The notes below the pieces were generated by a model that saw nothing but the letters and a program-made list of their open reading frames with translations, did no database searches and was not told the origin of the DNA. From contig NZ_BAXB01000009.1 in NCBI RefSeq assembly GCF_000698145.1, forward strand, positions 51,808 through 83,807: a stretch of DNA of 32,000 bases, written 5' to 3'. Origin of the DNA: Geomicrobium sp. JCM 19039. Lineage in GTDB: Bacteria; Bacillota; Bacilli; Bacillales; Marinococcaceae. Of this stretch, positions 16,666 to 24,891 are shown piece by piece. Numbering within the stretch: the first letter of the stretch is position 1; each line of letters starts with the position of its first letter. The position numbers and the translations under genes were made by a program.

Positions 16666-17645
16666 TACGACACCTCATCTCGATGGGATAGTGCTTCTCG
16701 AACCCAGCGATTATTCTCATAGGCAATTTCTCGCAATGCGAGTCGTTCCTTTGAGCGAGGGCCGTTGTTTGAGATGATTTGTTTAAACTCATTCCAGTCG
16801 GGTTGTGCATACATCCATCGTTGCTGCTGTTCATCGTAACGGACAGTCGGGTCAGGGACGGTTAAGCCTAATGAAAATACACGTGGCAAATATTTGTCCA
16901 GAAACGCCTGACGTAATTCTTCATTTGAACTTTTGCGAATCCGGTATTTCTTTGTAATTTCTTGCTTAGATGATCCTGTCGTCGCAGCACTTTCTGGGCC
17001 AAAAAACATTAGCAAGGACGGCCACCAACGGTTTAGTGAGTCTTGTAACATTTGTTTTTGGTCGTCAGTACCTTCGGCGAGTGCATAATAATTGATTCTC
17101 CGTGTTGAGCATGAAATACTTCTTCTTTGCAAATGCGAAGCAAAGCGCGTTGATAAGGTCCATATGAGGCATCAAGCATGTTTGTTTGCGAAATAATTGC
17201 CGCTCCGTCCACGAGCCAGCCAACAATGCCCGCATCTGCATGTGTACGTTGGCATATGAAAAACGTTATGAAACTTTAACCGTCCGCTAAGCAAATCTTC
17301 CATAAGATGTTGTCGGTTTCTTGCGTAAGGTTTCATGAGATCTTCGGTTACGCGCAACAATAACTGCCCATGCCCCATTTCATCTTGAACTTTTGCCATA
17401 ATGGCGAGCTTTCGTTCCAAGCTCGGGGCTTTTGGAACCCATTCTTTTTCTGGAAGTGCGCCCATAATCTCACTAATCCCATGCATGGAAATTAGCTTAA
17501 TCAGTGTTGTTCTGTATTCTTCGGGCATCCAGTCGTCAGCTTCAATTTTATCTCCTCGTTCAATCTTCTTCATGAACTGTTCGTATAGAGCCGGGTCGTC
17601 GTTTGAAGAATCGGCGATTTGATGTTCCAGAAAATGATACATCAC
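16665..17645 (-). CDS. paaA: 1,2-phenylacetyl-CoA epoxidase catalytic subunit PaaA; two frameshifts as assembled (near 17240 and 17085)
   Basis: Three frames join into one PaaA: ...EDLLSGRLKFHNVFHMPTYT | (W)ADAGIVGWLVDGAAIISQTNMLDASYGPYQRALLRICKEEVFHAQHGESIIM | ALAEGTDDQKQMLQDSLNRWWP.... The breaks fall at acatg-cagat (tgggca expected) and atg-cactc (atggca expected). Confidence 0.85.
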
Positions 17646-17677
17646 GCACGCTCCTTTTATTACGTTATTTTAACGTT

Positions 17678-17706
17678 ATAATATCATTCTGTTATACGAA
17701 TCGCAA
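17678..17706 (-). promoter_or_regulatory. SigA-type promoter of the paaA operon, with a PaaX-box-like GATTCG at the -35
   Basis: Minus strand: TTGCGA (17706-17701), 17 nt spacer, TATTAT (17683-17678). The -35 is embedded in ttGCGATTCGTAT, which resembles the core of the E. coli PaaX operator consensus (TGATTCGYG, recalled from the literature). Confidence 0.5.
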
Positions 17707-17771
17707 TATCGAAAGTTAGGAAAATTATATCTATTCTCGCGTTTATTTGTAAGATTATTCAAAAAATATGA

Positions 17772-17800
17772 TTGACAGCGAACGAATATCGATGTAATTT
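17772..17800 (+). promoter_or_regulatory. SigA-type promoter upstream of the ABC transporter leader
   Basis: TTGACA (17772-17777), 17 nt spacer, TAATTT (17795-17800). The spacer contains ACGAATATCGA, related to the ACGAATcgcaATATCGA at the paaA promoter. Confidence 0.45.
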
Positions 17801-17911
17801 ATGTATAACAAAATAAGATCAGCCGTAAAGAAAAAGAAAGACATCAGGTAATTTTAGCAAGTTAAAGTGTTAATTTGTTGAAGGTTGTGCGATAATACGA
17901 TAAAAGAAATG

Positions 17912-17940
17912 AAGAACAGTCTTATATCCTGTTCTTTTTT
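17912..17940 (+). terminator. Intrinsic terminator inside the 5' leader, 29 nt before the SBP start (attenuator candidate)
   Basis: aagaacag / ctgttctt with a 9-nt loop, followed by a T-tract (17935-17940). Confidence 0.6.
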
Positions 17941-17968
17941 CGAATATTTTGTTTAAGGGGGATTTCAG

Positions 17969-19031
17969 TTGAAAAAGTATCTACTAGGGTCGGGGTCGAT
18001 CGTTTTTTGCTGCTGCATTATTCATGGCGTGTGATGCAGGGGAGGAGAATGGTGAAACTGAAGAGGCGTCGGGAGATGCTGCCGGTGATGAAGAAGTAGA
18101 AGATGATGATGCGGACGAAGGAGAGACATCAGCGAATGGTGAGGCGTTTGATATTGGTGTCGTTCAATATGCTGACCACCCATCTCTTGACGCTGCCACA
18201 GATGGATTTAAAGACGCCCTTGATGATGCCGGGTTAGACATTACGTATGATGACCAGAACCCAAATGGGGATATGAATGTGTTGCAAACGATCGCGGATA
18301 CGTTTATCGGCAATGATGTGGATCTTATTTTTGCAAATGCAACACCGGCTGCACAAATTATGTCTAGCTCAACTGCGGATATTCCAATTTTATTTACCTC
18401 GGTTACCGACCCAGAAGGAGCGCAACTTGTGGATAGTTTGGATTCACCAGGAGGGAACGTTACAGGCACGATGGACTTGCATCCAGATGCCATCTCACAA
18501 ACGGTCGAACTGATGAGTGAAGAGTTTGATATTGAAACGATTGGAATGATTTACAATGCAGGCGAGCAAAATTCAGAATATCAAGTGAGTATTGCTGAAG
18601 AGACTGCCGATGAATTAGGAATGAATGTACAAACGGCAACCGTTCAAACATCAGCAGATGTTCAAAGTGCAACTGAAAGCCTGATTGGCAATATTGATGC
18701 CATTTATATTATTACAGATAATGAAGTCGTTTCTGGACTTGACGCGGTCATTGGTGTGGCAGAGAGCGAAGGATTACCACTTTTTGTTGGGGAATTAGAC
18801 TCTGTTGAGGCTGGAGGTTTAGCAGGTTTCGGGTTTTCATATTATGATATTGGCTACAAAACTGGAGAAATGGCGGCAGACGTACTCGTAAATGGGGAAG
18901 ACCCAGCCACATTATCTGTAGAATTCCCTCCAGAGCTAGAGCTCGTCTTTAACGAAGGCGCTGCTGAACGAATGGGTCTGGATTGGGATGATGAATGGGA
19001 AACCATCGCTGACAACATAATCAACGAGTAA
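17969..19031 (+). CDS. ABC transporter substrate-binding lipoprotein (PF04392 / ABC_sub_bind type); frameshift in T6 run 18003-18008
   Basis: TTG at 17969 follows aaggggga and reads LKKYLLGSGSIVF. The next frame reads AAALFMAC (lipobox), then a D/E linker, then FDIGVVQYADHPSLDAATDGFKDAL...LIFANATPAAQ...LPLFVGE. Confidence 0.8.
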
Positions 19032-19050
19032 AAAGGTGAGGTGAAACGGC

Positions 19051-20066
19051 ATGTTTACGGCCATTTTTGGCTCACTTGAACTCGGGCTATTATATGGAAT
19101 TATGGCATTAGGTGTCTATCTATCGTTTCGGGTGTTAAACTTTCCCGATTTGACGGTTGACGGTAGTTTTGTCACGGGAGGTGCGGTAGCTGCCATTCTG
19201 ATTACGAGTGGGTACTCTCCGGTTCTCGCGACTGTGGCGGCTGTCGCCGCCGGATTTCTTGCCGGGACAATTACGGGGACGCTTCATGCCAAAGGCAAGA
19301 TTAACCCGTTGTTATCCGGCATTCTCATGATGATCGCTTTGTATTCCATCAACTTGCGAATTATGGGGAACAGCCCAAACATTCCGTTGATGCGAGAAGA
19401 TACGATCATGACGATGTTTGGCAATGCTTGGGCTTCACTTCCGTTTGATGGGTGGATGGCAAGCTTGTTTGGTGCATTGAATGTTGGTTTCCAGCCGAGC
19501 ACGTGGGGGATTTTATTGCTCGCGTTCGTGATCGTCATCTGTGTGAAGCTCTTTACGGATTTCTTTTTAAAGACGGAAGTTGGTCTTGCTGTTAGAGCGA
19601 CGGGTGATAACCCGAGAATGATTAGCTCTTTATCAGCGAATACAGACCGTTTAAAAATCATCGGGCTTGGGATATCGAATGGATTTGTTGCATTGTCAGG
19701 TGCAGTGATTACCCAGTATAGTAGTTTTGTTGATGTGAACATGGGTATTGGGATGATCATTATTGGTCTTGCTTCAGTAATTATTGGAGAATCAATTTTT
19801 GGTAAAGGTTCAATTTTCAAAATTACGCTTGCGGTCATCGTTGGTGCGGTTATTTACCGTATTGTCGTGGCACTCGCGCTTAGGTTGGTTTTTTGGAAAC
19901 CGGTGATATGAAACTCATTACTGCTGTCATTGTAATCGGAGCGCTCGTTATTCCGAAAATGATCGATGATGGGAAAGAGCGAAGGCGTAAATATAATAAA
20001 GCAAGAAAGATTAAACGAGAATACGAAGGGGAGGAGAGCGTTGCTTCAACTAAGTCAGATTTATAA
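19051..20066 (+). CDS. ABC transporter permease; frameshift near 19887-19894
   Basis: 286-aa polytopic ORF. After the ttgg/T6 break it continues as GFLETGDMKLITAVIVIGALVIPKMIDDGKERRRKYNKARK...*, with stop at 20064-20066. Confidence 0.8.
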
Positions 20067-20841
20067 AGTGTTTAATGAAGGCACGATTGATGAAAAAGCA
20101 GCGCTGGAACGCGTCTACCTTACACTAGAACCAGGGGATTTTGTGACCGTAATTGGCAGTAACGGTGCGGGGAAATCAACAATGATGAATCTAATAGCCG
20201 GTAATTTGACTCCTGATGTAGGCACTGTCAAAATTGATGGCAAAGATGTGACCCGTCAAAAAGAACATGAACGATCAAGATTAATTGGTCGAGTGTTTCA
20301 AGATCCCATGGCAGGGACCGCTCCGTCAATGACCATTGAGGAGAATATGGGAATGGCGTATAGCCGGACGCATAAACGTTCATTTTTCTCAATGGGCGTG
20401 ACGAAGAAAAGAAAACTTTTATTTCGAGAGCAACTTGCGACACTAGGTCTCGGGCTAGAAGATCGACTGAACGCGAAAGTTGGGTTTTTGTCAGGGGGAG
20501 AGCGTCAAGCGTTATCGCTCCTCATGGCCACGTTTACGAACCCATCGATCTTGCTGCTGGATGAACATACCGCCGCACTCGACCCGTCTCGCGCCAAGCT
20601 GATTACAGAGAAGACGAAAGAGATCGTTGCAGGGACAGAGCTGACAACGCTTATGGTCACCCACAATATGCAGCAAGCGTTAGATCTAGGCAATCGGCTA
20701 ATTATGATGGATAAAGGTCAGATTATATTTGAAGCTTCAGGCGACCAGAAGAAAGAGCTCACGGTGGAACAGTTGTTACATGAGTTTCAAAAGATTCGTG
20801 GCGATCATCTCGCAAATGACCGTGCGGTACTCAGTTCATAA
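20041..20841 (+). CDS. ABC transporter ATP-binding protein
   Basis: TTG at 20041 follows GGGGAGGAG. Walker A GSNGAGKST, signature LSGGERQ, Walker B LLLDEHTAALD. The upstream part of the track ORF overlaps the permease tail. Confidence 0.88.
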   Translation: MLQLSQIYKVFNEGTIDEKAALERVYLTLEPGDFVTVIGSNGAGKSTMMNLIAGNLTPDVGTVKIDGKDVTRQKEHERSRLIGRVFQDPMAGTAPSMTIEENMGMAYSRTHKRSFFSMGVTKKRKLLFREQLATLGLGLEDRLNAKVGFLSGGERQALSLLMATFTNPSILLLDEHTAALDPSRAKLITEKTKEIVAGTELTTLMVTHNMQQALDLGNRLIMMDKGQIIFEASGDQKKELTVEQLLHEFQKIRGDHLANDRAVLSS

Positions 20842-20887
20842 GATAGAATAAGAGAAACGTACTTTCAAAGAAGGGAACGGCGATACT

Positions 20888-21777
20888 TTGTCTCAAAAAG
20901 TCAATGCACGCTCCATGATCTTTACAATCTATGGGGATTACATTCATCACTATGGAGGAAAAGTTTGGGTTGGGACACTCATTCGCCTTTTAGAAGCCTT
21001 CGGACATAATGCACAGGCAGTGCGAGCTGCGATATCTAGAATGCAAAAACAAGGGTGGGTGCAAGCTGAAAAAAGAGGCAATCGCAGTTTTTATTCACTA
21101 ACCGCCCAAGGTCAAAAACGGATGCGAGAAGCAGGGAAGCGTATTTTCAATGATGTGGACAAAGAATGGGACGGAAAATGGCGTATGCTTATTTATTCGA
21201 TTCCAGAAGATCAACGCAAGCTCCGAGATGAATTACGAAAGGAATTAGGGTGGAGTGGTTTTGGCTCACTGACGCATAGTTGTTGGCTCACACCCCATCG
21301 ATTAGAAGATCAAGTTCAGCAGCTTTCCAAGCGCTATGGAATTGCAGAATATATCCATTTTTTTACAGGTGATCATCAAACGCCAGAACGCAACGACGAG
21401 CTCGTTGAAAAATGTTGGGACCTTGCCGCAGTGAACGAACGTTATCGACAGTTTATTGATGAATACAGTAAGCGGTTCATCATTACGCGAAACGAAATTA
21501 AGAACCAAAAGATGAACCGAGAACAATGCTTTGTAGAGCGCACGAAACTTGTCCACGAGTATCGGAAGTTTCTTTTTATAGACCCAGAACTTCCTGAACC
21601 GCTGCTCCCAGATTACTGGTGGGTGATCATGCGTCTTCCCTATTTCATGAATACTATGAAGTGTTAGCCGAGCCAGCAAATGAGTTTTTTGAATCGGTGT
21701 ACAAAGAAGATAATGATGCAAAAGACAGTGTGAAGCGTGGCAAAGGATACCGGGAACCTTTGTCTATAAAGGAGTAA
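20888..21777 (+). CDS. paaX: Phenylacetic acid degradation operon repressor PaaX; frameshift at G-run 21621-21623
   Basis: SMIFTIYGDYIHHYGGKVWVGTLIRLLEAFGHNAQAVRAAISRMQKQGWV...RSFYSLTAQG parallels E. coli PaaX. The C-terminus continues in another frame as GDHASSLFHEYYEVLAEPANEFFESVYKED...SIKE* (stop 21775-21777). Confidence 0.85.
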
Positions 21778-21780
21778 TTC

Positions 21781-22206
21781 ATGGAGCCCTTTACTATTCG
21801 AGATTTCAAACAAGTCGCCAATCACAATCATCCGCCTCCTGCGTGTGATACGCATATGAATGTTACAGTACAACGTGCAGAACATGGGAAATCGACGGGC
21901 ATTTGGTCGCCAGATGAGCGGTTTGTAAACGGCAATGGGGTTGTTATGGGCGGTTTGTTGTCTGGCGCTACCGATATTCTGATGGCGTATGCACTTGCAT
22001 CAACACTTGAGGACAACCAAAGCTTTGCAAGTGTAGACCTTCATACAACATTTCACCGTCCTATTTTCCCAGGTAATGTAACTGTAAATGCTGAAGTCGA
22101 TAAACTGGGCAAGAAGATGGCTTACGTGACTGCGGAGTTATGGCAAAACGATAAAAAAGCGGCATCGACTGTGTCGTCTGTCTTCATCCAAACGAATCAA
22201 CAGTGA
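21781..22206 (+). CDS. paaI: PaaI-family hotdog-fold thioesterase
   Basis: 141 aa with NGNGVVMGGLLSGATDILMAYALAS and DLHTTFHRPIFPG. AAGGAG SD. Directly downstream of paaX. Confidence 0.75.
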   Translation: MEPFTIRDFKQVANHNHPPPACDTHMNVTVQRAEHGKSTGIWSPDERFVNGNGVVMGGLLSGATDILMAYALASTLEDNQSFASVDLHTTFHRPIFPGNVTVNAEVDKLGKKMAYVTAELWQNDKKAASTVSSVFIQTNQQ

Positions 22207-22408
22207 GGGCCATGAATGTACGAATCCCTCGCTGTTTTTCTGTGTGGGCAGGCAAGTATGATAAGTAAAGTGTTGTGGTGAATCTATAATGGGTATATAG
22301 CGGCTTTTATCAATTAAGACGACGTCCAAAACGATCTATATAGGGTGATCTTTAAATCTTCCTGATTTGCGTTGTTGGTTTTTGCTTTCCGCTACAGGCG
22401 AATTCTTG

Positions 22409-22636
22409 CACTCCAGAGCACAAGTGCAACATCGGCGGCCAAAAGACGCCCGCCGTGTTTTCTATGCACTCCAGAGCACAAGTGCAACATCGGCGGCTAA
22501 AAGACGCCCGCCGTGTTTTCTATGTACTCCAGAGCGCAACGGACATCGGTGGCTAAAAAACAGCCACCGTTTTTTCTTTATACTCCAGAGCAGAAGGCAG
22601 ACGCGGTTCACGTTTCTGCCTACTGGCTACGGTGTG
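22409..22636 (+). repeat. Tandem array of four 56-58-nt hairpin modules
   Basis: Units start at 22409, 22467, 22525 and 22581 with yACTCCAGAGC. Units 1 and 2 differ at one base (22440 vs 22498). Each unit carries a hairpin followed by a T-rich tract. Confidence 0.9.
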
Positions 22637-22924
22637 TGGAAAGATGTCCAAATGCCCCATATATTCATTTATGTGACACTTGGGAAAGAAAAATCATCAT
22701 TTTAAACGTGAATACGCCCATAAACGGAGTCAACGGTCACTAATCGTGATATATGTGACCGTTGGGTGCCGAAAGTGCCCGGTTTGAGGGCTGGATTGTC
22801 ACATAAGTAAGAGGTCATCACATGCTTTCGCCAGGTGGTGACCCTAGGTCACGACTTTTTAGCCTTCGGCATACGTTTCCGTGTTGACCGCAACCCTTAC
22901 AGTGACGAACAACGATCGGCAACG

Positions 22925-23000
22925 AAGGTAAGGGCAACATCGGCGGCCAAAAGACGCCCGCCGTGTTTTCTATAGTAGTCCAGACGATAAGGGCAACATC
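22925..23000 (+). repeat. Second, partial array of the same module inside the element
   Basis: 22934-22973 is identical over 40 nt to 22426-22465. It is followed by a truncated unit, TAGTCCAGACGATAAGGGCAACATC. Confidence 0.85.
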
Positions 23001-23646
23001 CCCTTTCACTGCGCTTCGGTGCTGCACCTAAAGACGTCGGATTTTGAACGTGAAACGAAAGAATGGGTTCCAAAGAGTATCGATTGGAATCAGATTCACT
23101 CATATGTGATCGGTTTGCCTCGTTCTGATTCCAATTGATCGACATCTCGTTCCAAACTTCCGTTTATGGAATCAGATTCAAAAGTTTTATAGAAAATAAC
23201 CAACAATCTAGCCCGAAAGTGATGTTCATTAGGATGTATGCCCTGTCCCAACCCCGAGTTGAAAAACCCAAAATTCTTATCGGCGCGAGTCGCGCTGAAT
23301 CGAGACCGATTTCGGTTCGGCCCCACTAGGCCGACAGATCGTATGGTGTTAGGTTTAATTTAGACTGAGCGTAAGTTTTACGAAATGAGTACTAAAATCG
23401 CTAAAAAGAGCAAACTTGATTGCAGAAAGTGAAAACTAGCGCGCACAATGCGAATGACGCTCCCTTTCCCTACTCGGGATAACACCATCGAAGTGATTCC
23501 ACTACGCAAAAGGGGTATGAAGACATTTTTGATCATAACGGTCAAATTGCATGAAATGACGATGTTATCTCTATATTGTGGCGTCTAACGAATTTCTTTC
23601 GTTCATCCTATATAGATCGCAGCCCTCTCCCTAAGTGTTATAAATC

Positions 23647-23686
23647 GAAAAAGCGAACCCTAGCATCGGATGGGGTTCGCTTTTTC
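23647..23686. terminator. Bidirectional terminator (ends the minus-strand E2 gene)
   Basis: aaaaa-gcgaaccc ... gggttcgc-ttttt. Confidence 0.8.
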
Positions 23687-23700
23687 TCATCGTCTCTCCC

Positions 23701-24883
23701 TCATTTGAGTGAAGTAAGGAGGCGATATGGCTTTTCAAGTAAGCTTTTCATCCGGTTCGTAAACATCACCGCTGTGTAGCCATCGGCAACACGGTGATCA
23801 AAAGAGAGTGACAGGTTAAGCATCGACCTTATGACGATTGTTTTGTTACGCACAACCGGTGTATCTTCGATCTGATGAAGAGCGAGAATGGCGACTTCGG
23901 GGTGGTTAATAATCGGTGTTGCATACACCCCTCCGATCGGACCGACATTGCTAATCGTAAAAGTGCCTCCTCGCAAGTCGCTCATTTCACACTCGTTGTT
24001 TTGCGCTTTTTCGGTGAGTTGTTTCATCTCTTCATGCAGATGTGGAATGCTCTTTTGTTGTGTATCCTTTATAACAGGAACAATGAGACCCTCATCGGTA
24101 TGTGTCGCGATTCCGCAGTTTACCGTCGGCTCTAGCGTAATTTCCTCGCGTTCTTCATCTAACTTTGAATTAAAGACAGGGAACTCTAATAGGGCAATTG
24201 ATACGGCTTTTAGAAAAAATGCCGTGAGAGAAAGATGAACTCCGTCTGCTTTTAACTCATCTTTTACTTCAATTAACGCGCTTACATCAATTCGGTCAAA
24301 GTGAGTAACGTGTGGAATCGTGTAAGCGGAAGTTGTCATTTTTTTTGCAATTTGTTTTCTGCGTCCTTTGAAGGGCAGGCTTTCTTTATTCGTGTGCGTA
24401 TCCAATAGTGTGCGATTGGTTGTTGGATTGTTGCTACTTTGACGTGTACGTTCAATATCTTCATTCGTAATTCGTTTGTTCTTACCCGTTCCTTCGATCG
24501 TTTCAATCTCGATGCCATATGAACGAGCAAGTTTACGCGTGTACGGTGCTGCTTTTACATTCCTCATCCGAAAAAGACGTGAAGGTGTAGGGAGGAGGAG
24601 CCCTTCGCAGCATCTTGTGATGGTGAGGGAGAAGGTGTTGTCTTTTTGGAGTGATCCTCAATCACAATAATGGTGGTACCTGTTTTCACGACGTCTCCCT
24701 CTGCAACAGGATGGTAACGACTTTTCCGGCAACCGGTGAAGGCAGGTCAGCGGTCACTTTATCAGTCTGGACACTCAAAACCGGCTGGTCAGCTGAGACC
24801 GAGTCCCCGACTTTTACAAAGACGGTGTCCACAGTACCTTCAGTAATGCCCTCACCAATGTCGGTTAATTTCATTTCAAACAT
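23701..24883 (-). CDS. 2-oxo acid dehydrogenase E2 (dihydrolipoamide acyltransferase); two frameshifts as assembled (near 24706 and 24585-24600)
   Basis: The lipoyl domain reads MFEMKLTDIGEGITEGTV...VLSVQTDKVTADLPSPVAGKVVTIL. The next frame reads VAEGDVVKTGTTIIVIED followed by a Pro/Ser linker. The third frame holds the E3/E1-binding motif AAPYTRKLARSYGIEIETIEGTGKNKRIT and the catalytic LSLSFDHRVADG. Confidence 0.85.
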
Positions 24884-24891
24884 ACACACCC

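Larger units (their letters stand above)
22332..23620 (+). mobile_element. 1.29-kb non-coding element with ~19-bp inverted termini (MITE-like or non-autonomous element candidate; family unknown to me)
   Basis: The left end is CGATCTATATAGGGTGATC (22332-22350). The reverse complement of the right end (23602-23620) is CGATCTATATAGGATGAAC, which is 17/19 identical with the first 13 perfect. A third terminus lies at 10773-10790. There is no credible ORF inside. Confidence 0.5.

Noticed and set aside
16665-17645. Treating 16665-17132 and 17172-17645 as two separate paa genes
   Set aside because: The two pieces, plus a middle frame, reconstruct a single colinear PaaA. The split is due to two small indels.
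17800-17968. T-box or TRAP-regulated leader in front of the ABC transporter
   Set aside because: There is no AGAGA/GNUGNGA Stem I motif, no T-box sequence, and no (G/U)AG triplet repeats. I kept it only as an unclassified attenuator candidate.
19284-19838. 184-aa minus-strand ORF. The same applies to the other internal antisense or off-frame ORFs: 1974-2159, 2027-2212, 2945-3178, 3637-3837, 3657-3923, 3920-4105, 5326-5541, 12325-12636, 13252-13582, 14818-15132, 15329-15601, 15724-15906, 16110-16346, 17401-17622, 18164-18672, 20228-20693, 21302-21885, 21828-22016, 23875-24238, 24336-24530, 25183-25422, 25658-25900, 26050-26286, 28449-28829, 29521-30299, 30280-30707, 30843-31286 and 31486-31701
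   Set aside because: Each lies inside, antisense to or out of frame with, a gene that has strong family motifs. None has an SD or a recognisable domain. Several, such as 24651-24908, 30280-30529 and 28449-28706, are simply the alternative frames created by the frameshifts.
22409-22636. Possible CRISPR array, because of regularly spaced ~58-nt repeats containing palindromes
   Set aside because: The units abut one another with no unique spacers between them. The repeats are degenerate and vary in the stem. No cas genes are present and there is no leader. This is a tandem repeat, not a CRISPR array.
22367-23145. Track ORFs across the repeat element (22367-22705, 22513-22743, 22818-23027, 22897-23145, 23096-23326, 23135-23329)
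   Set aside because: They read through 58-nt repeats in changing frames, since 58 is not divisible by 3. They overlap each other on both strands, lack SD sequences, and give low-complexity Arg/Pro/Ser-rich text with no recognisable domain.
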